Shown here piece by piece: positions 46,880 through 56,731 of a stretch of 64,000 bases of DNA. Under the pieces are notes generated by a model that saw nothing but the letters and a program-made list of their open reading frames with translations, made no database searches and was not told the origin of the DNA. How positions within the stretch are numbered: position 1 is the first letter of the stretch; each line of letters starts with the position of its first letter. The position numbers and the translations under genes were made by a program. Source of the stretch: an uncultured Erysipelotrichaceae bacterium (lineage in GTDB: Bacteria > Bacillota_I > Bacilli_A > RF39 > UBA660); the NCBI GenBank assembly GCA_963535465.1, contig CAUSWF010000002.1:64606-128605 (forward strand). The letters run 5' to 3'.

Positions 46880-47578
46880 ATGGCAGAATTAATAGCTATA
46901 GTAGGAGAAAGTGGTAGTGGTAAAACCACATCAATTAGAAATCTAAATCCAGAAACTACTTTTATTATATCAACTACAGGAAAGCGTCCTGGAATTAAGG
47001 GTGCTAAGAAAAAGTATCCAGATTTTAAAGTAAATAAAGAAACTAAAGAAATTTCAGGCAATTTCTATACTACAAGCAATATAGATCAGATTGCAAAGAT
47101 GATGAGCCTCATCAATACTAAGTTAACTAATATTAAAGTGTTGATTATTGATGATTTTCAATATCTACAAGCCTTCGAAGCTATGGCTAGAGTAGATGAG
47201 AAAGGCTATAGTAAGTTTACTGACATGGCAAAGCATGCTTATGAAGTTCTTAAGTCATCAATGGATCTTAGAGATGATCTATATGTAGCAGTACTTACTC
47301 ATAGTGAGAATACTGGTGATAATCTTAATCCCTACTGGAAAATTAAGACTCAAGGCAAAATGTTGGATAGTGTTATTACACTTGAAGGTCTTTTCACTTA
47401 TGTACTTTTCACTAAGGTTGTTCGGGATGAAGGATCTAATGAAATACAATATAAGTTTCTTACTAATTCAGATGGAACATGTACAGCTAAATCCCCTATG
47501 GGACTGTTTGATGATACTCTAATAGATAATGATTTAAATTTTGTTATTGATAAAATTAAGGAGTATAACGAAGACTAA
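46880..47578 (+). CDS. P-loop ATPase (AAA_24-like phage NTP-binding protein)
   Basis: VGESGSGKTTS and VLIIDDFQ. Confidence 0.6.
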   Translation: MAELIAIVGESGSGKTTSIRNLNPETTFIISTTGKRPGIKGAKKKYPDFKVNKETKEISGNFYTTSNIDQIAKMMSLINTKLTNIKVLIIDDFQYLQAFEAMARVDEKGYSKFTDMAKHAYEVLKSSMDLRDDLYVAVLTHSENTGDNLNPYWKIKTQGKMLDSVITLEGLFTYVLFTKVVRDEGSNEIQYKFLTNSDGTCTAKSPMGLFDDTLIDNDLNFVIDKIKEYNED

Positions 47579-48177
47579 TGAAACTTGTTAAAATTACTGT
47601 AAAATCTGAATGGGTAGATGAAACAACTGGTGAAATTATTACCGACGAGCGAGTTCTTAACAATTCCACTGTAAAGACTAAGAAAGCCTCAACTTCTAAA
47701 AAGAAAAAGGAAGAAGATAATGATCCAACACCTAAACTCACTTTAGATGATACTAAGTATCATTTAAATAATGCAGCTATTCAACTTTTAGGAGTAGAAG
47801 CTGGAGATAAAATTGATATTAAATATCAAAAGGTAGATGGATTTAATGGTAAGGTTCCAATTATTGGAACTAATGCTACTTTCCAAACACAAGGAGGTAA
47901 TAAACTTTCTAAGTCAAATACAGTTATTTGTAGGGGTACAGGTAATGATAGGTTATCAGAATATGGGCATAACTTTGTATTAACTGTTCATCCTCATAAT
48001 GATAATTTATTTGTTCTTAATGGTGATGCTACTTTAGAAGAGACAATTGCTCCAGAAGAAATAAAAGTTCCAGAAAAAGAAGCAGAGCAAGAAGTAGATA
48101 ATTTATTAGATAATTTAGATAGTAAAACAATAGATAATGAAGAAATTAATGCAGATGATTTTGATTTTACTTTTTAA
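47578..48177 (+). CDS. Hypothetical protein with acidic C-terminus
   Basis: ORF-track ORF. Confidence 0.5.
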   Translation: MKLVKITVKSEWVDETTGEIITDERVLNNSTVKTKKASTSKKKKEEDNDPTPKLTLDDTKYHLNNAAIQLLGVEAGDKIDIKYQKVDGFNGKVPIIGTNATFQTQGGNKLSKSNTVICRGTGNDRLSEYGHNFVLTVHPHNDNLFVLNGDATLEETIAPEEIKVPEKEAEQEVDNLLDNLDSKTIDNEEINADDFDFTF

Positions 48178-48190
48178 ATTTAAATAAATT

Positions 48191-48886
48191 ATGATGAATT
48201 TTGGTTCTTTAGCAGAAACAGTAGCAGTTAGTGGTAGTAGACGTCTTAAGCCTTGGGGTATTTATCCTGTTAAGTTTCAAGGTGTGGAGGTACGAGAAAT
48301 TCAAGGAAAAAAAGATACTTCTAAGACATATAAAATACTAACAACTAAGTTTGAAGGAGAAAATGGATACTACAATGAAGATACATTCTTTCCTAATGAA
48401 GACAGTGCTAAAAGAAATACATATACTAATAAAGAAGGGCATGAAGTAGAAATGCCTTCTAGTTTTGAGCAAATTATGACTTATATTGCTCAACTTGCAG
48501 GAGTTCTTAATCCAGAAGGATTTAAGAAGATGCAAGCTGCTTCATCTAAGTTTAAATCTTTTGATGATGTATGTAAAGCATTAAAGCAAATTCTTACTCC
48601 AAAAGTAGGTACAGAGTGCTTTATTAAATTGGTTGGACGTAATCGTGATGGTCGTATTCAACCAGCTTTGCCTCGTATTACTGCATTAAATAAAGAAGGT
48701 AAGGCATTTACAAGTGATAATTTTATTAGCTTGAAGCAAGATATTCTTGCCTTTACCGAATACGAGGAAACACAAATTAAGGCATACAAGAATGCTAAGC
48801 CTACAAGTATGCCAAACGATATTGATGATGAACCTACAAGTCAAAGTCAGGATTCAGAAGATGATGACTTTTCTGACTTGCTTTGA
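48191..48886 (+). CDS. Possible single-stranded DNA-binding protein
   Basis: The acidic C-terminal tip DDEPTSQSQDSEDDDFSDLL is typical of SSB tails. It lies within the replication module. Confidence 0.4.
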   Translation: MMNFGSLAETVAVSGSRRLKPWGIYPVKFQGVEVREIQGKKDTSKTYKILTTKFEGENGYYNEDTFFPNEDSAKRNTYTNKEGHEVEMPSSFEQIMTYIAQLAGVLNPEGFKKMQAASSKFKSFDDVCKALKQILTPKVGTECFIKLVGRNRDGRIQPALPRITALNKEGKAFTSDNFISLKQDILAFTEYEETQIKAYKNAKPTSMPNDIDDEPTSQSQDSEDDDFSDLL

Positions 48887-48934
48887 TGCTTAAATAAATA
48901 AGCTTATATTTAAGGTTCAATTTTAAATTTATAT

Positions 48935-49954
48935 ATGACATTAGATTTTACATTTGAACCAAAAATTACTAAGTCTTATTTACTTTCTAAATATTCAGAG
49001 GAAACTTATATGGAATATTATCTTGGAATAAAGGTAGCTAAAGGATTATTTTGTTCTCCTTTAAGAAAAGATAATACTCCTACTTGTTCTTTTTATAAAA
49101 ATAAATCTGGAGAACTTATATTTAAGGATTTTAATGGAAGTTTCTATGGTAACTTTGTAAATGTTGTTATGGAAAAATTCCACGTTAATTATCATCAAGC
49201 TTTAAAAATAATAGCAGAAGATTTTGGCTTATCTAATAAGCATGTTGATAGAGAAATTCAACCTATTAAACCAAGTACTACTGTTTTTAAAGATGAAGGT
49301 CCTGCAGATATAAGAATAGAGGTAAAAGACTTTACTATAGCTGAACTACAGTGGTGGGAAAGTTATGGTATTACTCCAGATATATTAAAAAAGTATAATG
49401 TCTATTCTTGTCAAAATGTATTTTTAAACGGAGATTTATTTAAAACAGAATATAAAGATAACTTTATGTTTGGTTATTATGGAGGTAAAAAAGATAAACT
49501 AGAATTATGGAGAATCTATTTTCCTAAACAATCTACTTATAGATTTCTTACTAATTGGCCAGCTAGAAAGATTCAGGGTTATAAACAACTTCCTAAAATA
49601 GGTAAATTGTGCGTTATTACAAAATCAATGAAAGATGTAATGTGTTTATATAGCTTAGGGATTAATGCAATAGCTCCAAATAGTGAGAATTTATTTATTT
49701 CTGATAGTGTATTAGAAGATCTAAAAAAGAGATTTAAATATATTGTCGTTTTTTATGATCATGACCTTCCTGGATTGCAGAATATGCAAAAAATAAAAAA
49801 TAAACATAAAGAACTTATTTATTTTTATATACCAAGACATTATAAAACAAAAGATATAAGCGACTTTCATAAAAAATATGGAAGAGATAAAACTTTGAAA
49901 TTTATTAAAGAAAGCATTTTAAAATTTAAAAAATATGAAGTAGAAAGAACTTAA
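48935..49954 (+). CDS. DNA primase (Toprim-type)
   Basis: N-terminal Cys cluster CSPLRKDNTPTCSFY. Toprim-like ITKSMKD and VFYDHDLPG (DxD). Confidence 0.55.
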   Translation: MTLDFTFEPKITKSYLLSKYSEETYMEYYLGIKVAKGLFCSPLRKDNTPTCSFYKNKSGELIFKDFNGSFYGNFVNVVMEKFHVNYHQALKIIAEDFGLSNKHVDREIQPIKPSTTVFKDEGPADIRIEVKDFTIAELQWWESYGITPDILKKYNVYSCQNVFLNGDLFKTEYKDNFMFGYYGGKKDKLELWRIYFPKQSTYRFLTNWPARKIQGYKQLPKIGKLCVITKSMKDVMCLYSLGINAIAPNSENLFISDSVLEDLKKRFKYIVVFYDHDLPGLQNMQKIKNKHKELIYFYIPRHYKTKDISDFHKKYGRDKTLKFIKESILKFKKYEVERT

Positions 49955-50534
49955 TACATCTTGTAGAATAACTTATCCTGATAAAACTACATTAGAATTT
50001 GAATCTTTAGAAGAAGCAGCTAAAGGAACTGAAGAGTATTTTAATTCTCATCCAGAATTACCTAAGAAATTCAGACCTATTTTATCTGTAAATTCTATTA
50101 AACTACGCTGTAATAAATCTACTCCTACAAAAGATGGAATATTATGCGAATGGTTAGATTCTCATACTAAAAAGTCATATCAAGCTAAGAAAAGTAAATC
50201 TAAAGGAAATAAATATGAATTACAAATAGTTCATGAGTTAACTAATATGGGATTTTCAGGATTAGTAACTTCTAGATCTCAAAATAGATTATTAGATAAT
50301 GCAAAAGTGGACATTGCAGAAACTGACGAAAAATTAAGTTGTTATATACAATGTAAAGCAACTAGTAATATGCCAAGTGTTTCTAATATAACTAATTCAT
50401 GTCCACTGAAAGATAGACCGTTATCTATATTTTGGAAAAAACAAGATCAATCAAAAGAAGAATATGTAATAATCCCAAAAGATTATTTCTATAATTTATT
50501 AGCTAAATATCATAAAAAAACTAACTACAAATGA
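49935..50534 (+). CDS. Nuclease-like protein whose only upstream ATG is followed by an in-frame TAG at codon 3
   Basis: ATG AAG TAG at 49935-49943. The frame is then open for 197 codons to TGA at 50532-34, and the next ATG is at 50247. The N-half LEFESLEEAAKGT...KDGILCEWL looks like a homing-endonuclease DNA-binding module. The C-half VDIAETDEKLSCYIQCK is PD-(D/E)xK-like. Confidence 0.45.
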
Positions 50535-50673
50535 TTGGATAATTAAAGGAGTTAGATTCTGAAACTTTTAATAAAATTTTATGGGTTAATACAAATAATG
50601 AAAAATGTACTATAATTCCAGAAGATTTCTTTTATAAGTTACTTGATGCTTATACTAAAATTAATAAAATATA

Positions 50674-50925
50674 ATGAAACAACAATGGTATGTAATTAGT
50701 TGGGGAGATATGAAAGAAGACCCAACTCAGATTCTTGCATATTATACCACTTCTGAAGAGAAAGCTCGAAAATATATATTGAATTATATATTGAATGAAC
50801 TATTACATAAATTAGCTGATATATCTGAATTTATAAATATGGATTGGGATACTGTGATAGAAGTGGTTAAAAATAAATATAATGTAAGTTTATCTTACAT
50901 GTTACACCTAGAAAATGATAAATAA
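50674..50925 (+). CDS. Hypothetical protein
   Basis: ORF-track ORF. Confidence 0.5.
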   Translation: MKQQWYVISWGDMKEDPTQILAYYTTSEEKARKYILNYILNELLHKLADISEFINMDWDTVIEVVKNKYNVSLSYMLHLENDK

Positions 50926-50932
50926 ATAATAT

Positions 50933-51451
50933 ATGTTACGAATAGGTTTGGACATTGATGAAGTATTAGCAGATTTCTTTAATACTTATTTATCAATTTT
51001 TGGTCATCCTAAAAATGGCTACGAAATTACAAGAAATGTACAAAGAATTTTATCTAAAAATAAAGATTTCTGGTTAAATTTACCTAAATTAAGGGATATT
51101 GATTTTATTCCAGAACTTTATTGTACTAAAAGAGTAAACCCTAAACAATGGACTAAACAATGGTTGAATAGTAATGGATTTACAAGTAGTCCTGTATATC
51201 AAATGTATTACCAAAAAGGTAATAAAGCTAATATGATTAAAGGACGTTGTGATGTATTTGTTGACGACTCTGTATCTAATTTTAAAGCAATGAATAAAAG
51301 AGGTGTTCCTTGCCTACTAATGGATACTCCATTTAATCAAGATGCAGGTCCTATATTACGTATATACTCACTTGATAAATATGAAATTGAAGAAGTTTAT
51401 AACTTAGGTAAAGAACAAAACCTATTTAAAAACTTTGAAGACTTATATTAA
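50933..51451 (+). CDS. 5'(3')-deoxyribonucleotidase (HAD/NT5C family)
   Basis: MLRIGLDIDEVLADF carries the DxDxV nucleophile motif, and VFVDDS is also present. Confidence 0.7.
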   Translation: MLRIGLDIDEVLADFFNTYLSIFGHPKNGYEITRNVQRILSKNKDFWLNLPKLRDIDFIPELYCTKRVNPKQWTKQWLNSNGFTSSPVYQMYYQKGNKANMIKGRCDVFVDDSVSNFKAMNKRGVPCLLMDTPFNQDAGPILRIYSLDKYEIEEVYNLGKEQNLFKNFEDLY

Positions 51452-52477
51452 ATGAAATTAAGTGAAATTCATATTAAACCACTTTTAGAAACTTTAAGAT
51501 TTGAAGATATAGATGATGAAATTTATTTCTCAGAAAAATATAGTGGTTATGTGAGTAATTCACGTCTTTCTAGAATAAATCCAGATCAAGATGGATCTCC
51601 AGAAAAGTTTTTTAATCAAACTTTAGGTATATATACAGATAGTATAGTATTTGGTTCAGCTATGCATACTTTAGTATTGCAACCAGAGAGTTTTGAATTA
51701 AATGAATTAGCTAATAGACCTACAGCTAAAGCTGGATTTATGGCTGATGAAGTATTTAAAACTTATAAAAATAATGGTAATATTATAGAAGCTATTTATA
51801 AAGCTTCTGATAAAATTGGATATTATAAAGGTAAATTAACTGATAATAAAATTAATAAGTTAATTAATCAATGTACTCCATATTGGCAAGATAGATTAAA
51901 GTTCGAGCAAAATAATAATCCAGATAAAATACAGATATATTTGGATTCTAAATCAAGAGAACGTCTAAAATCTTGTTTATTTGCTATCAATAAAAATGAT
52001 AATATTAAATCATTATTAAATCCTAAAGGTATTATAGAAGATCCAGAAAATGGATACGAAAAAGCAATTCTATTAGATGTAGAAGTAACTTTTGATGATC
52101 CTAATAGAAAACCTTTTATCTTACGTTTAAAATCTAAATTAGATAATTATACTATTGATAAGGAAAATAATACTATATTAGTAAATGATTTGAAAACTCA
52201 TGGAGCAATTCTTCCAGAGTTTGATAATGCAGTTACTAAATATCATTATTATAGAGAAATGGCTATGTACTCATGGTTATTATCTATGGTAGCTAAAAAG
52301 TATTATAATATGGATAATCCAACTATTAAAAGTAACTTTTTAGTAGTACAGACTATTCCAGAATTTTATACTAAAGTATCTCCTATGACAGGTAGATTAT
52401 TTAATCTCGGATTTGATGAACTTAAAAGACTTTTAAAATTAGTTGCTTTTTATAAAGCTAATGGGTATGTCCTTTAA
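51452..52477 (+). CDS. PD-(D/E)XK exonuclease (RecE/exonuclease VIII-like)
   Basis: GSAMHTLVLQPE, LKSKLDNY...LVNDLKT and YYREMAMYSWLL. Confidence 0.65.
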   Translation: MKLSEIHIKPLLETLRFEDIDDEIYFSEKYSGYVSNSRLSRINPDQDGSPEKFFNQTLGIYTDSIVFGSAMHTLVLQPESFELNELANRPTAKAGFMADEVFKTYKNNGNIIEAIYKASDKIGYYKGKLTDNKINKLINQCTPYWQDRLKFEQNNNPDKIQIYLDSKSRERLKSCLFAINKNDNIKSLLNPKGIIEDPENGYEKAILLDVEVTFDDPNRKPFILRLKSKLDNYTIDKENNTILVNDLKTHGAILPEFDNAVTKYHYYREMAMYSWLLSMVAKKYYNMDNPTIKSNFLVVQTIPEFYTKVSPMTGRLFNLGFDELKRLLKLVAFYKANGYVL

Positions 52478-52793
52478 AGAATTAAAACATCTTTATGAAG
52501 AAAACTTTAGCTTAGGTTATATAGATTTAGATATTAATAATAAATTTGCATTGATATCTTTAATTTGTTATATAACTACACATATGCAAGCTAAAAAACC
52601 TGATGTTACTTATTATCAAATTATATGTAAGTTAGCTGAAGGAACTGGTTGGAAAGAAAAAGATATATATAAACTTACTATTATGTGCGAAGATTTCGGA
52701 TATGGATGTAAAGAATTTCCTACTTTCGGACTAAAACCAAAGGAAATGTCTGCAAAAATAAAAGAAATCATGTATAAATCTCTTCCCTTTTAA
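52443..52793 (+). CDS. Hypothetical protein
   Basis: ORF-track ORF. The true start may be the internal ATG near 52461. Confidence 0.45.
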   Translation: MLFIKLMGMSFKELKHLYEENFSLGYIDLDINNKFALISLICYITTHMQAKKPDVTYYQIICKLAEGTGWKEKDIYKLTIMCEDFGYGCKEFPTFGLKPKEMSAKIKEIMYKSLPF

Positions 52794-52868
52794 AGGTTAG
52801 TCAGATTTCCAAGTAATTAGTAAAATAGATAAAAATTAATTTTAATGTGATTTTAACATTTATTCACT

Positions 52869-52896
52869 TTGACTGAAAAAGTTTTGAGTATATAAT
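52869..52896 (+). promoter_or_regulatory. Sigma70-type promoter candidate
   Basis: TTGACT (52869-74), a 16-nt spacer, then TATAAT (52891-96). A cctca-gaaa-tgagg leader hairpin lies downstream. Confidence 0.4.
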
Positions 52897-52985
52897 TGTA
52901 TCACAAACCTCAGAAATGAGGTAAAGATAATTAAAACACATGTAGATAATTTTTATGAATTAATGTTTAAATTTTTATTATTAAT

Positions 52986-53528
52986 ATGGAAAATGTATTG
53001 AATTTTAAGAGAGTAGAATTGATGGGAGCAACTAAGGAAGAAGCTTTGGCAAAGGCTCCATTTGAAATTATGGGTGATGCTACACAAGCTTACAAAAACT
53101 GGAAGAAGACAGCTACAGCTGATTCTGATGTAAACGATTTCTATCGTGAGTACTTGACAAAGAAGTCAAAGAATGTAGCTGGTGTTGGTTTCTCAATCAC
53201 TATTGATGCAGCTGTTGCTGACAGTCGTGAGCGTCCTTGGAAGATTACTGATGTAAAGAACGAACAAGGTAAGCGTAAGTATGAAACAGTTCTTGTTTTG
53301 AAAGATATTGCAACAGGTAATGTTCTTGGTAAGGTAGCTGGCAAGAAAGTTGATGCTAAAGAACTTGCTAAGAAAGTTATTAAGGACGGTTTCAAAGGTA
53401 AAGGTATTGCTGTTTATTCTAAGGAAGTTACAGTAGGTGAACCTAAAGCATTTACTTTTGAATATGCTCCTTCTAAGAGTTCACATGCTGGTACTTATGT
53501 AGTATTTGGCATAGTAAAAAATGCGTAA
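52986..53528 (+). CDS. Hypothetical, probably abundantly expressed protein (180 aa)
   Basis: ORF-track ORF that is noticeably G+C-richer than its neighbours. It is flanked by a promoter candidate and a 12-bp-stem terminator. Confidence 0.55.
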   Translation: MENVLNFKRVELMGATKEEALAKAPFEIMGDATQAYKNWKKTATADSDVNDFYREYLTKKSKNVAGVGFSITIDAAVADSRERPWKITDVKNEQGKRKYETVLVLKDIATGNVLGKVAGKKVDAKELAKKVIKDGFKGKGIAVYSKEVTVGEPKAFTFEYAPSKSSHAGTYVVFGIVKNA

Positions 53529-53545
53529 TCTACTCTAACAATATA

Positions 53546-53586
53546 AAGGGTAGTCGAGGATAACACTTCGGCTACCCTTATTTTTT
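53546..53586 (+). terminator. Intrinsic terminator
   Basis: aagggtagtcga pairs with tcggctaccctt (12 bp, one G-T pair), followed by ATTTTTT. Confidence 0.75.
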
Positions 53587-53648
53587 ATAACAACTTGAAA
53601 AAGTAATAATTATTAAAACTCGAAAGAGTATAAATTAAATTTTAAAAT

Positions 53649-55193
53649 ATGACAAGACAAACAACTATTAATAAAGTAATTGATTTTCTAACTCGAATAA
53701 AAGAAGCAGGATATACAAATGTAAAACAATATTGTAAAGATTTTAATGAACCTTATTCTTCTTATGCTAATAATGTAAGTAAAATTATGAATGATGCTGA
53801 TGTTCATGATGATTATAAAAATACTATTAAAACATTAAAATCTGATATTAAATGTAATAATAAATCTAATAATTCTGTTATTAACTCTGAAAAACTTGAT
53901 TCGGATGATCGTGCTAATACAGAAATAGTGCGCGATGAAGAAGGTAAAGTACTTTATTATAAGTTTGAAATTTATCGTAGAGATAAATCTCCTGTAGTAG
54001 GACAACTTACACGTGAAGAAATGAATAGTGTGTATCGTCTTTATTCATACTATGGTGCTAATATTACTCAACGTGAAATTTCTCGCACTCTTCCAGAATA
54101 TTCTTTAGTTGATTTTAAACGCATTCTTAGAGTATTTAATATTACTAAAGCTTGTTCTCCTTTTGCACCTCATATGTTTGAGGAATATTCAGAAGAAGAA
54201 CTCAAGGATATGCACTTACGTTTAAAAGAAAATGACTTTCTTAAGAAACTTGAAAAAGATGAAATTAATGATTTACGTAAATTAAATACTAATTTAGCTA
54301 AAGAATTAAATAATTTTAAGACTAATGTACTTCAAAATGTAATTGATGCAGGTATTGAAATTAAAGATTCTAATTTTAAACCGCGTGAATTTACACAAAA
54401 AGAACCTAATACAAAGAATTTGATCATTTGGTTGTCTGATATGCATATTGGAGCATATAATGATGCTTTTGGTACATATAGTATTGTTGAATATAATAAA
54501 GAAGATATACAACATCGTCTTGATGTTATTGTTAGTAAGTTTGCAAATAAAACTTATACTAATATTTATGTAGTAAATTTGGGAGATTCTGTAGATTCCT
54601 TTAAGAAAGAAACTACAAGAGGTGAACACCCATTGCCATCTGTATGGAATGATAAAGAGATTTCAATGAATTATATAGAATTAATGAAACAATTCTTTGT
54701 AAATTTGCAAGCTAATACTCATTATACTAATATGACTTATCTGTGTATTGGTGAATCCAACCATGACGGTGACACGGGATGGCTTAATAATAAAATTCTT
54801 GAAGCTCACCTTCAGAATATGGGAATATATACTTATATTAGTAACTATTCTATTGATGTATTTGGTGTTGGTAATCATACATTTGTGTTTGCACATGGAA
54901 AAGATAACCAGAACCAATTTAAGAATTTCCCGCTTACTCTTAACGATAAAACAGATTTGTATTTTACACAATGGATGAATGAAAATAATGTTGTTGGTAA
55001 ATATAAATATGTAGTAAAAGGTGATTTACATCGTTTTGCTTATACTGTAGGTAATACTTTTGATTATATCAGTGTGGGTTCTCTTTATGGTAGCAGTAAT
55101 TGGATTACAGCTAACTTTGGTAATACTAAGTGGAGTATTAATTTTATGGAAATACAAGGTAATGACATGCAAATCGGAACAATCCGCGAGTAG
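53649..55193 (+). CDS. Protein with C-terminal calcineurin-like metallophosphoesterase domain
   Basis: WLSDMHIG, VVNLGDSVD, GESNHDG, FAHGKD and KGDLHRF. It ends in TAG (55191-93). Confidence 0.65.
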   Translation: MTRQTTINKVIDFLTRIKEAGYTNVKQYCKDFNEPYSSYANNVSKIMNDADVHDDYKNTIKTLKSDIKCNNKSNNSVINSEKLDSDDRANTEIVRDEEGKVLYYKFEIYRRDKSPVVGQLTREEMNSVYRLYSYYGANITQREISRTLPEYSLVDFKRILRVFNITKACSPFAPHMFEEYSEEELKDMHLRLKENDFLKKLEKDEINDLRKLNTNLAKELNNFKTNVLQNVIDAGIEIKDSNFKPREFTQKEPNTKNLIIWLSDMHIGAYNDAFGTYSIVEYNKEDIQHRLDVIVSKFANKTYTNIYVVNLGDSVDSFKKETTRGEHPLPSVWNDKEISMNYIELMKQFFVNLQANTHYTNMTYLCIGESNHDGDTGWLNNKILEAHLQNMGIYTYISNYSIDVFGVGNHTFVFAHGKDNQNQFKNFPLTLNDKTDLYFTQWMNENNVVGKYKYVVKGDLHRFAYTVGNTFDYISVGSLYGSSNWITANFGNTKWSINFMEIQGNDMQIGTIRE

Positions 55194-55527
55194 GATAATA
55201 TCTTTAGACAATTTATTAGAGTATTTTAAGTATTTAGAAGTTAATTTTATTTGGACTTATGATGAATTTTCTAAAATACTAAATAAATATAAATACTTTA
55301 TAAATAAATATAACATTACAATAAATTGGGAATCCTATGATCCAGGATTCACTGATTTAGAAAAATACATATCTACAATTGTATTAAAAAGAATTTTAAG
55401 AAATGTGAAATTTGATAATACTTGTTTAGGTATAGTATCATGCAAAAGAAGCAATTTAACAGATAAACAATATTTAGAATTACAAAAATTTTCAGAATAT
55501 TGTAGATTTGATATAAATTTTTTATAA
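55162..55527 (+). CDS. Hypothetical protein
   Basis: In-frame ATG 55162 within track ORF 55060..55527, giving a 32-nt overlap with the upstream gene. Confidence 0.4.
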   Translation: MTCKSEQSASRIISLDNLLEYFKYLEVNFIWTYDEFSKILNKYKYFINKYNITINWESYDPGFTDLEKYISTIVLKRILRNVKFDNTCLGIVSCKRSNLTDKQYLELQKFSEYCRFDINFL

Positions 55528-55554
55528 TTATATAAATTTTATTATGATTAAAAC

Positions 55555-55890
55555 ATGGAAAATTTAGTAGAAAAAGTAATTAAATTATGTGATAATATTT
55601 GTAATGGTAATTATCCTATTGATAATTTAGGTGTATATAAAAGTTATAATACTGGCTTTACTATTAATAATAAACTAGCTATATTTATAAATTCTGATAC
55701 TTTAAACATAAGTACAAATAAAGGTATATTATCTGTAAATATGGATATAGTTGAAAAAGCTAGTATAACTATTGCATTTCAAAAATTAGAAGAATATTCT
55801 AAACAATTAGCTGAAACTGTTTTAGATGAATATATTAATGTAGAAAATACTAAGATTTCTAATATTAATGAATTAGACTGTAATAATTAA
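55555..55890 (+). CDS. Hypothetical protein
   Basis: ORF-track ORF. Confidence 0.5.
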   Translation: MENLVEKVIKLCDNICNGNYPIDNLGVYKSYNTGFTINNKLAIFINSDTLNISTNKGILSVNMDIVEKASITIAFQKLEEYSKQLAETVLDEYINVENTKISNINELDCNN

Positions 55891-56669
55891 TGGATATTCA
55901 ATTAGACGATTTACTAAAAGGAAAACAAACAAGAATTAAAGATAAAGAATATTTTGAAACAGAAGCTTATGTAAATCCTTTCTTAGAAAGAATGAGTAAA
56001 ATTACTTCTGATTTTAGAGTTAAAGTAGAGTTACCTCCACAGGTAACTCTTACTAAAGAAGGCGATGTAAATCTTGAAGATATTACTTATAATAGAGTAT
56101 GGTTACAAGCTGTACTTCCAGAAAGTTATAATGTTGATAATCATCAAGATGTAGTAGGAATGGTTTACGGTTTAGATACTAGAAAACCAGTTGTTAAATT
56201 CTATAGAGGTGGATTGAATATGGCATGTACTAATTTATGTGTATTTAATCCAGATTATCTTGATGTACAAGAGTTACAACCAGAAGCTGCCATTGATTAT
56301 CGTCCTTTAGATGCTTTAATTAATAAAGCAAGTGAGATTAAAGTATTTTTGGATAAGTTACATAATCATACTTTCCCAAGAGACAATCAATATATTAATG
56401 AACAATTAGGTATGTGGATAAGAAATAGTCTTAACATGCCTTATTATAATGGAGTTAATAATGTAAAGTTAGCAACTTCTACTGCAATTGATGCATATAA
56501 GCTTCTATTTGAAAAAGAAGCTTCTCCTTATTTTGTACCATCAGATTCTAATACTAATATGTTTAATGTATACAATGCTTTCACCGAACTTATTAGCAAT
56601 GATAAAGATAAGGATATTATGAATAAATGCGAAAAAACACTACTTCTAAAGAGTATTTTAGGCATCTAA
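55890..56669 (+). CDS. Hypothetical protein, possibly DUF932-like
   Basis: FYRGGLNMACTNLCVF resembles the G...vC.N motif recalled for DUF932. Weak. Confidence 0.4.
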   Translation: MDIQLDDLLKGKQTRIKDKEYFETEAYVNPFLERMSKITSDFRVKVELPPQVTLTKEGDVNLEDITYNRVWLQAVLPESYNVDNHQDVVGMVYGLDTRKPVVKFYRGGLNMACTNLCVFNPDYLDVQELQPEAAIDYRPLDALINKASEIKVFLDKLHNHTFPRDNQYINEQLGMWIRNSLNMPYYNGVNNVKLATSTAIDAYKLLFEKEASPYFVPSDSNTNMFNVYNAFTELISNDKDKDIMNKCEKTLLLKSILGI

Positions 56670-56731
56670 TTAGTTTTGAATTGTGAATTATTTAGACTAT
56701 CTTTATAGTTCACAATTTAAAATACTAATAT

